A stretch of DNA of 60,384 nt, the filler included. It is 5 parts of 5 records of this genome, joined end to end, with 100 filler letters (N's around TTAATTAATTAA, not from the genome) between each part and the next. Parts side by side here need not be neighbours in the genome. Positions count along the whole stretch, not along the records: positions 1 to 12,017 come from DRR378314_723; positions 12,118 to 24,519 come from DRR378314_730; 3 more parts are not named here. One strand, written 5' to 3'. Of this stretch, positions 9,946 to 19,083 are shown piece by piece. The first letter of the stretch is position 1. Every line of letters begins with the position of its first letter. A model generated the notes under the pieces. The model worked only from the letters and a program-made list of their open reading frames with translations, was not told where the DNA came from and did not search any database. The translations under genes and the position numbers were made by a program.

Positions 9946-11190
9946 ATGAAAAAATACTCCGTCTTTGCCGTCGCCCGCGAGGCCATGCGCCATCACACCG
10001 GATGGGACCGAGCCTGGCGCGATGCACAGCCCAAGGCGAAATATGATGTCATCATCATCGGGGCAGGCGGGCATGGTCTGGCAACGGCCTATTATCTGGG
10101 TAAGAATTTCGGCATCACCAATGTGGCGATCCTTGAAAAGGGCTGGCTGGGCGGCGGCAACACCGGGCGCAACACCACCATCATCCGCTCGAATTATCTG
10201 CAGGACCCCTCTGCCGCGATTTATGAAAAATCGCGTTCGCTTTATGAAACCATGTCGCAGGATTTGAACTACAATGTGATGTTCAGCCCGCGTGGCGTGA
10301 TCATGCTGGCCCAGACTGAACATGAGGTGCGTGGCTACAAACGCACCGCCCATGCCAATGCCCTGCAAGGGGTGCCGACCGAATGGATCACGCCGGAACG
10401 GGTGAAAGAACTCTGTCCGATCATGAACATCGATGGGCCGCGCTATCCGGTTCTGGGCGGGCTCTGGCAGGCACGCGGCGGGACCGCACGCCATGACGCG
10501 GTGGCCTGGGGCTATGCCCGCGCCTGTTCCGACATGGGCATGGATGTGATCCAGCAATGCGAGGTCACCGGCATTCAACAGCAAGGCAGCAAGGTCACCG
10601 GCGTCACCACCAACAAGGGCGATATCGCCTGTGACAAGCTTGGCATGGTTGTCGCGGGGCATTCGGGTCACCTCGCGGATATGGCGGGTTTCCGTCTGCC
10701 AATCGAATCCGTGGCGCTGCAAGCATTGGTGTCGGAACCGATCAAACCGGCGATGGATATCGTGGTGATGGCCAATACCGTGCATGGCTACCTGTCACAG
10801 TCTGACAAGGGCGAAATGGTCATCGGTGGCGGCACCGACGGCTACAACAATTATACCCAGCGCGGCTCTTTCCACCATATCGAGGAAACCGTGCGCGCTT
10901 TGATCGAAACCTTCCCGATGCTCTCGCGGCTCAAGATGCTGCGCCAATGGGGGGGGATTGTGGATGTCACTGGCGACCGTTCGCCGATTCTGTCCAAAAC
11001 GCCGGTCGAGAATATCTTCATCAACTGCGGTTGGGGCACCGGCGGTTTCAAAGCCATCCCCGGTTCCGGCTGGGCCATGGCCGAACTGATGGCTAAAGGC
11101 CAGTCACCCCTGACCGATGCCTTCGGGCTGGAGCGGTTTGTTGAGGGCCGCTTTATCGATGAAAGCGTTGCCGCAGGGGTGGCACATTGA
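9946..11190 (+). CDS. soxB: Heterotetrameric sarcosine oxidase beta subunit
   Basis: GAGGHGLATAYYL, GGNTGRNTTIIRSNY, NCGWGTGGFKA, C-terminal AAGVAH. Start set to ATG 9946. Confidence 0.96.
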   Translation: MKKYSVFAVAREAMRHHTGWDRAWRDAQPKAKYDVIIIGAGGHGLATAYYLGKNFGITNVAILEKGWLGGGNTGRNTTIIRSNYLQDPSAAIYEKSRSLYETMSQDLNYNVMFSPRGVIMLAQTEHEVRGYKRTAHANALQGVPTEWITPERVKELCPIMNIDGPRYPVLGGLWQARGGTARHDAVAWGYARACSDMGMDVIQQCEVTGIQQQGSKVTGVTTNKGDIACDKLGMVVAGHSGHLADMAGFRLPIESVALQALVSEPIKPAMDIVVMANTVHGYLSQSDKGEMVIGGGTDGYNNYTQRGSFHHIEETVRALIETFPMLSRLKMLRQWGGIVDVTGDRSPILSKTPVENIFINCGWGTGGFKAIPGSGWAMAELMAKGQSPLTDAFGLERFVEGRFIDESVAAGVAH

Positions 11191-11284
11191 TCCGCTTTGC
11201 CAGAAATATTTTCAGCCGGACATGGAACCAACCCTGCCTGACCTGTGTTGATAGCCCAATAGATAGATTGAAAGGCTCAACACA

Positions 11285-11533
11285 ATGGCAGATCCAGATC
11301 ATACCGTTTCTGAACACAACACAACCACCACGACCACCACAAGCGGCGGTGCTGGCATGGGCGTCATCGTCGGGGCGCTTGTCGTGGTCGTCGCTGTGCT
11401 GGCGTATTTCGTGCTTGGCGGCGATGCACCGTCAGAAGGTGCAAATGACGTCAACATCACCATCGAAGGTGCCGGCGATGCCGTCGAAGGGGCTGCAGAA
11501 GCCGTCGAAGACGCCGCTACGCCAAGCGAATAA
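11285..11533 (+). CDS. Small single-TM protein with acidic C-terminus
   Basis: 82-aa ORF with coding-like GC3 bias, one hydrophobic helix, lies between soxB and soxD. Confidence 0.65.
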   Translation: MADPDHTVSEHNTTTTTTTSGGAGMGVIVGALVVVVAVLAYFVLGGDAPSEGANDVNITIEGAGDAVEGAAEAVEDAATPSE

Positions 11534-11650
11534 CACCACCATAAAAATTTATGACCGATGGGCTGGCCTCTTTGCAGGGGCCAGCCCTTTTGCGTCCGCG
11601 GTGTCTCTTGTCACCCGCCGCCCCTCCCTTTCTGTCACCGGAGCTGTCCC

Positions 11651-11983
11651 ATGTTGACCATCCATTGCCCCAACTGCGGAATCACCGCCGAGGAAACCGA
11701 ATTTCACGCCCATGGTGAGGCGCATCTGAAACGCTTTGGCCCCGGGTCAACCGATGATCAGTTTGAATCCTATCTGTTCATGCGCAAAAACCCCAAGGGG
11801 GTGCATTTTGAACGCTGGCGCCACCAGAATGGCTGCGGCAAGTGGTTCCACGTCGCGCGCTGCACCATGACCCTTGAAGTTTTCGGCAGCTATTCGGCCC
11901 AAACCTATACGCCGCCCCAAGAGATCATCGAGAAAATCCAACACCGCCGTCCAGACTGGTCAGCAGAGGCAGACGCATCATGA
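11651..11983 (+). CDS. soxD: Sarcosine oxidase delta subunit
   Basis: MLTIHCPNCG...EF...NPKGVHFERWRHQNGCGKWF zinc-binding pattern; GGAG RBS before ATG 11651. Confidence 0.93.
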   Translation: MLTIHCPNCGITAEETEFHAHGEAHLKRFGPGSTDDQFESYLFMRKNPKGVHFERWRHQNGCGKWFHVARCTMTLEVFGSYSAQTYTPPQEIIEKIQHRRPDWSAEADAS

Positions 11984-12017
11984 GCTATCCCCTCTTTTTG
12001 GCCTTATATACTGTCCG

Positions 12018-12117
12018 NNNNNNNNNNNNNNNNNNNNNNNNNNNNNNNNNNNNNNNNNNNNTTAATTAATTAANNNNNNNNNNNNNNNNNNNNNNNNNNN
12101 NNNNNNNNNNNNNNNNN
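12018..12117. other. Artificial contig linker (N-run + TTAATTAATTAA six-frame stop + N-run)
   Basis: The same 100-nt structure occurs four times; composition changes across it. Confidence 0.98.
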
Positions 12118-12121
12118 GCCT

Positions 12122-12144
12122 TTCGCTTGCAGGCAAGCTCCCAC
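12122..12144 (-). repeat. REP-like palindrome (GTGG-GAGCTTGCCTGCAAGCGAA)
   Basis: GTGG tetranucleotide followed by GCTTGC-CT-GCAAGC hairpin, at a contig end and downstream of a gene. Confidence 0.55.
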
Positions 12145-12171
12145 AAATCCGGCTTCGTAGCGGAGTCTGTT

Positions 12172-12344
12172 CTAATAGTCGCGCAGGTTATCCAGCATCC
12201 GACTCCCGATCTCGATAAAAGTATTCTGGTCTGTCTTAGTAATGCCTTTGAGAAGCGTCTTTTTCACTTCATCTTCCGCTTCCTTGATACGCGCCATAAG
12301 ACCCTGACCCTTATCGTTGAGCGACAGAAGCTGGGCGCGGCGAC
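12172..12344 (-). pseudogene. MarR-family regulator, 3' remnant
   Basis: Minus frame reads RRAQLLSLNDKGQGLMARIKEAEDEVKKTLLKGITKTDQNTFIEIGSRMLDNLRDY*; in-frame TGA just upstream and no start codon. Confidence 0.7.
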
Positions 12345-13030
12345 CTCAGCGACTTCCCGAAGAACCACGAAAGCGCCAACTTCAAACCGCTGATTCCCCG
12401 CCCGGGGCAAACGGAGATCCCGCTGCCGCCGTTCGGCGACGCGCCTCCGGAAGAACGACCCATAGTACGTACCTACACCCTGCGCCACTTCGACCACCAA
12501 CGCGGCGAAGTGGCGGTGGATTTTATGATGCACGCCGACCACGGCCCCGCCTCCGGCTGGGCCGCCGCCGCCCGTCCCGGTGACCGGATCGGCTTCGCCG
12601 GGCCCGGCGCCCCCAAGTTCGCGGACTTCGACGCGGACTGGTTCCTGTTCGCCGGCGACATGTCCGCGCTGCCCGCCATCGGCGCCAACGTCGAACGCCT
12701 GCCCGCCAACGCCCGCGGCTACGCGGTGCTGGATATCCTCGACGACGCGGACCGGCAGGCCCTGCCGTTCCCGCCCGGCATGGAAGTGATCTGGCGGGTG
12801 AACCCCAACCCGGAACAGCCCGCCATGGGCTGGGTGGATACCATCGTCGGGCTACCCTGGCTGGACGGCTCGCCGTCGGTCTGGGTGGCCGGCGAAAGCG
12901 GCGCGGTGCGCGCCGTGCGGCGCTACCTCACCCAGGAACGCCAGATCGAACGTCGCCGCCTCTACGCCAGCGGCTACTGGCAGATCGGCCTCACCGAGGA
13001 CCGCCACCAGCTCGAAAAGCGCAAGGATAA
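12342..13030 (+). pseudogene. Siderophore-interacting protein (ViuB/YqjH family), 5'-truncated and lacking its normal stop
   Basis: RTYTLR, HGPASGWA, AGDMSALPAI, WVAGES, ASGYW motifs; frame open only from 12321 with no N-terminus; reads through antisense into ychJ. End coordinate approximate. Confidence 0.8.
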
Positions 13031-13046
13031 AAGGATAAAGAGGCGC

Positions 13047-13492
<446 letters not shown>

Positions 13493-13496
<4 letters not shown>

Positions 13497-14113
13497 TTGG
13501 GGCGGTACATCTGAAAGAACGTATCCGGGCTGATGCCGAAGTAGTCGGCCGGGCCGCCGCCGCGCAGGATCGGCTCGGCGTCGGCGGTCTGGTAGACGCC
13601 GTCCTTGAGCAGATGCCGGGCGATGTGCACGCCCACCACCTCGCCGAACACCATCCAGGTATCGGTCTCGGTGCCGTCGGCGCCGGTGAGCCGCAGAATC
13701 TGGCTGAGCCGGCATTCGAACGACACCGGCGTCTCCTTCACCCGGGGCACGCCGATCACCCGCGACGGCTCCGGCGTCAGCCCGGCCAGCTGGAACTCGT
13801 CCACCTCCGGGCCCACCCCCGCGCAGCTCTGGTTCATCGCCTCCGCCAGCGGGCGGGTAGCCAGGTTCCAGCCGAACTCCCCGGTCTCCTCGATGTTTCG
13901 CACGCTGTCCTTGTAGCCGACGCTGGCGAAGCCCACCAGCGGCGGCTTGTAGTTAAAGGCGTTGAAGAAACTGTAGGGCGCCAGGTTCAGCACCCCATCG
14001 CGGCTGCGCGAGGAAATCCAGCCGATCGGCCGGGGTGCCACCAAAGCGTTGAAAGGATCATGGGCCAGCCCATGGCCAGCGGAGGGTTGGTAGAAATGAA
14101 TGTCGTCACTCAT
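13493..14113 (-). CDS. Flavin reductase family protein (DIM6/NTAB)
   Basis: [44 protein letters not shown]. Confidence 0.9.
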
Positions 14114-14174
14114 CCGCCAATGCTACGCGCGGCGGACTCCAAACGACAAGCGCGGGCCAGGCCCGCGCTTGCAG

Positions 14175-14202
14175 CTATCAACTGTCAATTATCAACTATC
14201 AA
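14175..14202. repeat. Intergenic heptamer tandem repeat (CTATCAA x4, imperfect)
   Basis: ctatcaa ctgtcaa ttatcaa ctatcaa immediately after the alkB stop. Confidence 0.75.
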
Positions 14203-14203
14203 C

Positions 14204-15406
14204 TCAAGCCGCCACTTTGGCCGGCGCGTCGCCGTACTCGATACCGTACTTCCGAATCAGCTTCTCGCGCTTGGCCGGGTCGAAGTTGATGTTGCGGGCG
14301 TCGTTGCCGGCGTGCTCCAGCAGACGCTTGTCCATCACCTTGTACCAGATCGGCGGGAAGTAGCTGATAAAGAACATACCGAAGTAGCCGTTGGGCAGCT
14401 CGGGCAGGTTCTCGAAGTGGCGCAGGCTCTGGTAGCGACGGGTGGGGTGCGCATGGTGGTCGGAATGGCGCTGCAGGTGGAAAGTGGCCCAGTTCGAGAA
14501 CATATGGTTGCTGTTCCAGCTGTGGTGCGGCTGGGTGCGCTCGTAGCGGCCGTTGGCCTTCTTGTGGCGCAGCAGGCCGTAGTGCTCGATGTAGTTGGCG
14601 GAGGTCAGCTGGAAGGCGCCCCAGAAGGCGGTGCCCAGAATGTAGGGCAGCAGGCCGATGCCAAAGATAGCGAGCACGGTGCCCCAGGCGACGAGGGTGA
14701 TGATCGCCGGCTGGATGATCTCGTTCTCCAGGGACCAGACCGATTTGCCCTGGGCGTTCAGGCGGTCCTTCTCCAGGCGCCAGGCGCGCTTGGCGGCGCC
14801 GGGCAGCTCGCGCAGCGCGAACTTCCAGATGCTCTCGCCCATGCGCGAGGAGGCCGGATCTTCCGGGGTGGCCACGTCTTTGTGGTGGCCCTTGTTGTGC
14901 TCGATAAAGAAGTGGCCGTAGGCGCACGGCGCCAGCACGAACTTGGCCAGCCAGCGCTCGCCCTTGCCCTTCTTGTGGCCCAGCTCATGGCCCAGGTTGA
15001 TGCCCACGCCGCAGGTGCTGCCGATCAGGTAAATCATCGCCAGCACGCCGTGCCAGGGCAGGCTCTGGGTGCCCACGAACCAGGCGCCATAGAACCAGGC
15101 GCCCCAGATCAGCGGCACCAGGGCGTACAGAATCCAGCGGTAGTAGGGGTCGTTTTCCAGCTGCGGCACCACCTCTTCCGGCGGGTTGCTGGTGTCCTCG
15201 CCGATCAGCATGTCCAGCACCGGCACGGTCAGGTAGTAGAACGCCAGCGGCAGCCACAACATCAGCGCGTTGTTGCCGGTGGCGAAATAGAGCGCCGGGC
15301 CCACGAACACGATGGCCGGCACGAACAGCGACGAAAACCACAGATGCCGTTTGCGGTCGCGGTAGATCACACCGGACGGCCCGGTGAATACACCTGCCTT
15401 GCTCAT
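14204..15406 (-). CDS. alkB: Alkane 1-monooxygenase (membrane di-iron hydroxylase)
   Basis: HELGH, EHNKGHH, NYIEHYG and LQRHSDHHAHP histidine boxes; GAGGTGAG RBS before ATG 15406. Confidence 0.97.
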   Translation of the reverse strand: MSKAGVFTGPSGVIYRDRKRHLWFSSLFVPAIVFVGPALYFATGNNALMLWLPLAFYYLTVPVLDMLIGEDTSNPPEEVVPQLENDPYYRWILYALVPLIWGAWFYGAWFVGTQSLPWHGVLAMIYLIGSTCGVGINLGHELGHKKGKGERWLAKFVLAPCAYGHFFIEHNKGHHKDVATPEDPASSRMGESIWKFALRELPGAAKRAWRLEKDRLNAQGKSVWSLENEIIQPAIITLVAWGTVLAIFGIGLLPYILGTAFWGAFQLTSANYIEHYGLLRHKKANGRYERTQPHHSWNSNHMFSNWATFHLQRHSDHHAHPTRRYQSLRHFENLPELPNGYFGMFFISYFPPIWYKVMDKRLLEHAGNDARNINFDPAKREKLIRKYGIEYGDAPAKVAA

Positions 15407-15554
15407 AAACCTCACCTCTTTGTTATGTAATGGTTCCATCCTCCGCCTGTCCGGGGTCCACCGGCACCGCTTAGAGTGGCAATAAATCGTCATAAAGTGA
15501 CAAGGCGGCCGACATTCACTACCTTGGAGGGAAGGCTTCCAGGGAGCGGCACCC

Positions 15555-16577
15555 ATGACCGTGCAGATCACAAACCGGCTGCGCCCCGCGATTCACCCCA
15601 CCTATCCGCGTCTTTTGTGCGCGTATTTGCACGAGCGGGGCTTCGATAACGCGGTGATATTCCAGGACACCCGCCTGCAATGGGAGCAATTGCTGGGCGA
15701 CCACCGCTATTTGAGCCTGGAGCAGATGTCGCGCCTGATCCGCCGCGCCATCGACCTCACCGGCCAGCCCTGGATCGGCCTGGAGACCGCCGGCGTCACC
15801 TCGGTGTCCGCCCACGGGCCGCTGGGCTACGCGGTGGTGTCCGCGCCGGACCTGCGCGAAGTGCTGCGGGTGGTGTCCCGCTACGTGGGGGTAAGGTTCC
15901 AACTGGTGGGGGTGCGCTTCGAGGAATTCGACGACCACGCCGTGCTGACGCTGGACGAGCAGGTGGACCTGGCCGAGATCCGCGAGTTCGTCACCGGCTC
16001 GATCCTGGCCACCTACTTCCAACTGGTGGACACGGTGACCTCGCGGCGGCTGCGCGACGTGGCCGTCACCCTGCCGCTGGACGAGCCCGCCTGGGCGTCG
16101 GTGTACGAAGAGTATCTGGGCTGCCCGGTGACCTTCGGCACCGGCCAGCTCACCATCACGCTGCCCGCCGCGCTGCTCGACACCCCCTGCCTGACCGCCG
16201 ACCCCACCACGCACCGCGCGGCGTTGCGGGATTGTGAGCACCAACTACGGCAGATTCAGAGTGGCGGCCCGCTCAGCCAGCGCATCGGCGTGATGCTGCT
16301 CGACCGCGACGGCGACTACCCGACCCTGGACGACACCGCCGAGGAATTCGCCATGTCCCGCCGCACCCTGATCCGCAAGCTCAAAGCCGAAGGCACCAGC
16401 TTCCAGGAACTGCTCGACGACGTGCGCCGCGAACTGGCCGCCTGGTACCTGCTGGAAACCAGCCTGCCGGTGGAGCGCATCGCCGAAAAGCTCGGCTACC
16501 AGGACCCCTCCAACTTCAGCCGCACCTTCCAGCGCTGGTTCGGCACCACGCCGCTGCGCATGCGCCGCGCGCCCTGA
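15555..16577 (+). CDS. AraC family transcriptional regulator, divergent from alkB
   Basis: HGPLGYA ligand-domain motif; C-terminal MSRRTLIRKL and IAEKLGYQDPSNFSRTFQRWFGTTP HTH motifs. Confidence 0.93.
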   Translation: MTVQITNRLRPAIHPTYPRLLCAYLHERGFDNAVIFQDTRLQWEQLLGDHRYLSLEQMSRLIRRAIDLTGQPWIGLETAGVTSVSAHGPLGYAVVSAPDLREVLRVVSRYVGVRFQLVGVRFEEFDDHAVLTLDEQVDLAEIREFVTGSILATYFQLVDTVTSRRLRDVAVTLPLDEPAWASVYEEYLGCPVTFGTGQLTITLPAALLDTPCLTADPTTHRAALRDCEHQLRQIQSGGPLSQRIGVMLLDRDGDYPTLDDTAEEFAMSRRTLIRKLKAEGTSFQELLDDVRRELAAWYLLETSLPVERIAEKLGYQDPSNFSRTFQRWFGTTPLRMRRAP

Positions 16578-16578
16578 G

Positions 16579-17145
16579 CTACGGCGTCAGCGCCAGCAAC
16601 CGCCGCTCCAGCCCGAACACATGCTCGTCCTCGGCGCCCAGCTCGCGCAGTGCCTCCGCCAGATGCAGCAGATAATCCCGGTTGGCACCGCTGGGCCCGT
16701 GGCTGCCATGAATATGCCGCGCGATCTCGTCCTCCGGCGCCGGCCCCAAAAAGGCCGCGTTATCCTCGGTGGCGATATAAACCAGCCCCTCTTCATGGCC
16801 GCCGTCGGCGAACGTCATCGGCGTGGCGAACCGCAAATAGCCGTTCTTCTCGCGCACATCCAGATGCTCGAACACCGACGGCGCCACCCGGTACGCCATG
16901 CCCGCGCACACCGTGCCCGGGCTTTCCACCAGCGTCAGCACCCGGCCCGGCCGCTCCGGCGTGCCGCGATGATCGTGGGAGCCCTGCCAGAAACGCCGCG
17001 CCCAGCCCTCGATGCTGGCGGGCCGGCGCTCCAGAAACGGAAAGTCCGCCTTGAAGATCAGCGAGCCGTAGCCGAACAGCCAGACGCTGTCGCGGCCATT
17101 GAAGTCATGGCGGGTCTTATTAAGTTCGGAAGTGTCGAGAGTCAT
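16579..17145 (-). CDS. chaC: Gamma-glutamylcyclotransferase, ChaC family
   Basis: WLFGYGSLI, RRFWQGSHDHRGTPERPGRV, GPSGANRDY. Start set to MTLDT (17145). Confidence 0.9.
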   Translation of the reverse strand: MTLDTSELNKTRHDFNGRDSVWLFGYGSLIFKADFPFLERRPASIEGWARRFWQGSHDHRGTPERPGRVLTLVESPGTVCAGMAYRVAPSVFEHLDVREKNGYLRFATPMTFADGGHEEGLVYIATEDNAAFLGPAPEDEIARHIHGSHGPSGANRDYLLHLAEALRELGAEDEHVFGLERRLLALTP

Positions 17146-17154
17146 AACGGAAGG

Positions 17155-17182
17155 AAGATACAGGATGCAGGATACAGGATGA
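17155..17182. repeat. Intergenic heptamer tandem repeat (AGGATAC x4, imperfect)
   Basis: aagatac aggatgc aggatac aggatga upstream of chaC. Confidence 0.7.
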
Positions 17183-17285
17183 AGCGCGGCCAACGCCGTC
17201 CAGCTGCCACCCTTGACTGCATCTTTTATGCGTAACGGATAACATCTATGCGTTATGCATAACTCGGAATTGCCAAGGACACCCC

Positions 17286-17915
17286 ATGAAAGACGTACGC
17301 CAGGAATACCACGCCCCCGGCCTCACCGAAGCGGACCTGCTGGCGGACCCGGTGGAACAAGCCCGCCGCTGGGTCGACGACGCCATCAACGCCGAGCTGC
17401 CCCTGGCCAACGCCATGACCCTGGCCACCGTCTCCGCCGACGGCCGCCCCTCCAGCCGCGTGGTGCTGCTTAAAGGCATCGAAGACGGCGGCTTCGTCTT
17501 CTTCACCCACTACGACAGCCGCAAAGGCGACGACATCGCCGCCAACCCCAACGTCTCCTTCGTCATGTTCTGGGGCCCCTTCGACCGCCAACTGATCGTC
17601 AACGGCCGCGCCGAGAAAATCCCCGCCCAACAATCCCGCGACTACTTCGCCTCCCGACCCCGCGGCAGCCAGCTCAGCGCCGCCGTCTCCCATCAGAGCC
17701 GGCCCGCCAGCCGGGAGCAGTTGGAAGCGGATATGGCCAAGCTGGCTGAGCAGTATCCGGAAGGTGAGACCATTCCCATGCCGGAGACCTGGGGTGGTTA
17801 TCGCATCGTTCCCGAGGAGATTCAGTTCTGGCATGGGCGGCCTAGCCGGCTGCATGACCGGTTCCGCTATATCAGGGATGGCGACGAATGGGAGCGGGAG
17901 CGCCTGGCTCCCTGA
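17286..17915 (+). CDS. pdxH: Pyridoxine/pyridoxamine 5'-phosphate oxidase
   Basis: NAMTLAT, RVVLLK, YF.SRPRGSQ, WGGYRI, FWHGRPSRLHDR, RLAP. Confidence 0.96.
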   Translation: MKDVRQEYHAPGLTEADLLADPVEQARRWVDDAINAELPLANAMTLATVSADGRPSSRVVLLKGIEDGGFVFFTHYDSRKGDDIAANPNVSFVMFWGPFDRQLIVNGRAEKIPAQQSRDYFASRPRGSQLSAAVSHQSRPASREQLEADMAKLAEQYPEGETIPMPETWGGYRIVPEEIQFWHGRPSRLHDRFRYIRDGDEWERERLAP

Positions 17916-17927
17916 GGCGATTTAGAT

Positions 17928-18170
17928 TTATTGGCCTGGTCCCAAGAAACAGGCCCCTGCCGTCCACCCCCTATTCAAGGCGAGCCAGCTTAAAAATACC
18001 GAAACCTTTCGCTCCGACAGCTCAGCCGGGGGGCGCAACTTATGAAACCTAATGAAATAGCGAATCCAGTACCAGTAGGTCTTCTCGGTCCATGGGCTGT
18101 AATGGCGCATTCGAATGGCATCGCGGAACTGATCACGGAGTCTTAGGCGCCTGTCACTATCCGTGTACAT
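17928..18170 (-). pseudogene. intI: Integron integrase remnant (N-terminal SAM-like domain only)
   Basis: LRDQFRDAIRMRHYSPWTEKTYWYWIRYFIRFHKLRPPAELSERKVSVFLSWLA matches IntI N-termini; similarity ends after LALNRG (~17970) and the tyrosine-recombinase domain is absent; divergent from a cassette array. Confidence 0.9.
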
Positions 18171-18186
18171 GGCTACTCTCTTGTTG

Positions 18187-18202
18187 CTGTCCATATGAAC
18201 AG
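18187..18202. promoter_or_regulatory. LexA (SOS) box upstream of intI
   Basis: CTGT-CCATATGA-ACAG is an exact CTGT-N8-ACAG match, 16 nt upstream of the intI ATG at 18170. Confidence 0.85.
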
Positions 18203-18356
18203 CCTCATGGCAATTGGGAAATAAAGAAGTGAAGCGAACGGGGACACACCACGCGGCAGGTTTGTAACTTATTGAGTTTTCTGGTTTTATTTGAAGATAC
18301 CAAAAACTATAACGTGATACGACGCTGGCGCATTCATTGGATATTCGAGCCGGCGT

Positions 18357-18373
18357 CCTAATACCTGTTAAAC
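18357..18373 (+). mobile_element. attI recombination site core
   Basis: CCTAATACCT-GTTAAAC resembles the attI1 simple site; GTTRRRY lies 3 nt before the first cassette ATG and pairs with TTTAAC at that cassette's end. Confidence 0.75.
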
Positions 18374-18376
18374 GCC

Positions 18377-19039
18377 ATGACGATCTACCAACAATTCGAA
18401 AACAGCATTGCAGCAGCCGATCAGCTGGTCGATATGTATACCGAACTCCGCCGCAGTAGAGGGCTGGGTACCAGAGGTCGCCTTGATGCGGCCAACACTG
18501 ACCTTCTTTGGCTACCGCGGTCTGCCGTAGTTGCTTCGCTCTCCGCTATGGATTCCTATATCCACTCAGTACTGTACGACCGCATTCCGGAGGTTATCCG
18601 AGAGGGCAATGTTCCAGATCCGTTGGCGGAAGCGCTTTCATCAATAGTCCCGATAAAGAATGGCCAGAGTTTCAGGGCGGCGCTTCCGATATTGCAGCAG
18701 GCGGATACCGTAGACGCGTTGTGTGGTCGCCTCCGAGAGAAGACATTGTCATTTCTCTCATATCAAGCGCCTGAGAAAATAATAAAAGGCTATGAGATGA
18801 TTGGGCATCCAAATATATTTGATACTGTCGCAGCGACATGGCCTGGGCCACGAACCGCAGCCGACGATCTCCGTCGGACCCTCGCGAATTATGTTAAGCG
18901 ACGGAACCAAATTGCACACGAAGGCGATCTCGAAGCAAGCGGAGATCCTCGTCCGATGCAGCCAAAATATGCAACTGACTGTAGGTACTTTATTGAGAAT
19001 CTAGTTTATCGCTTAGACCAAGCGATATATGGCCTTTAA
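18377..19039 (+). CDS. Cassette 1: HEPN domain protein (RiboL-PSP-HEPN-like putative RNase)
   Basis: RNQIAH (Rx4H) followed by EGD; N-terminal RSAVVASLSAMDSYIH helix. Confidence 0.8.
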   Translation: MTIYQQFENSIAAADQLVDMYTELRRSRGLGTRGRLDAANTDLLWLPRSAVVASLSAMDSYIHSVLYDRIPEVIREGNVPDPLAEALSSIVPIKNGQSFRAALPILQQADTVDALCGRLREKTLSFLSYQAPEKIIKGYEMIGHPNIFDTVAATWPGPRTAADDLRRTLANYVKRRNQIAHEGDLEASGDPRPMQPKYATDCRYFIENLVYRLDQAIYGL

Positions 19040-19060
19040 CAAAGCCTTCCAGCTAGCACT
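19034..19060 (+). mobile_element. Collapsed attC1 remnant
   Basis: CTTTAAC-AAAGC-CTTCCA joined directly to GCTAGCACT, one mismatch from GTTAGCACT, the complement of cassette 2's AGTGCTAAC. Confidence 0.7.
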
Positions 19061-19083
19061 CGATTAAGTTCGGAGATCATGAG

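Noticed and set aside
11980-12017. Start of soxA
   Set aside because: The ATGA overlap is in the expected place, but only 12 codons remain and they are not recognisable.
13613-15430. 605-aa plus-strand ORF
   Set aside because: Antisense shadow of alkB and the flavin reductase in high-GC DNA; no motifs.
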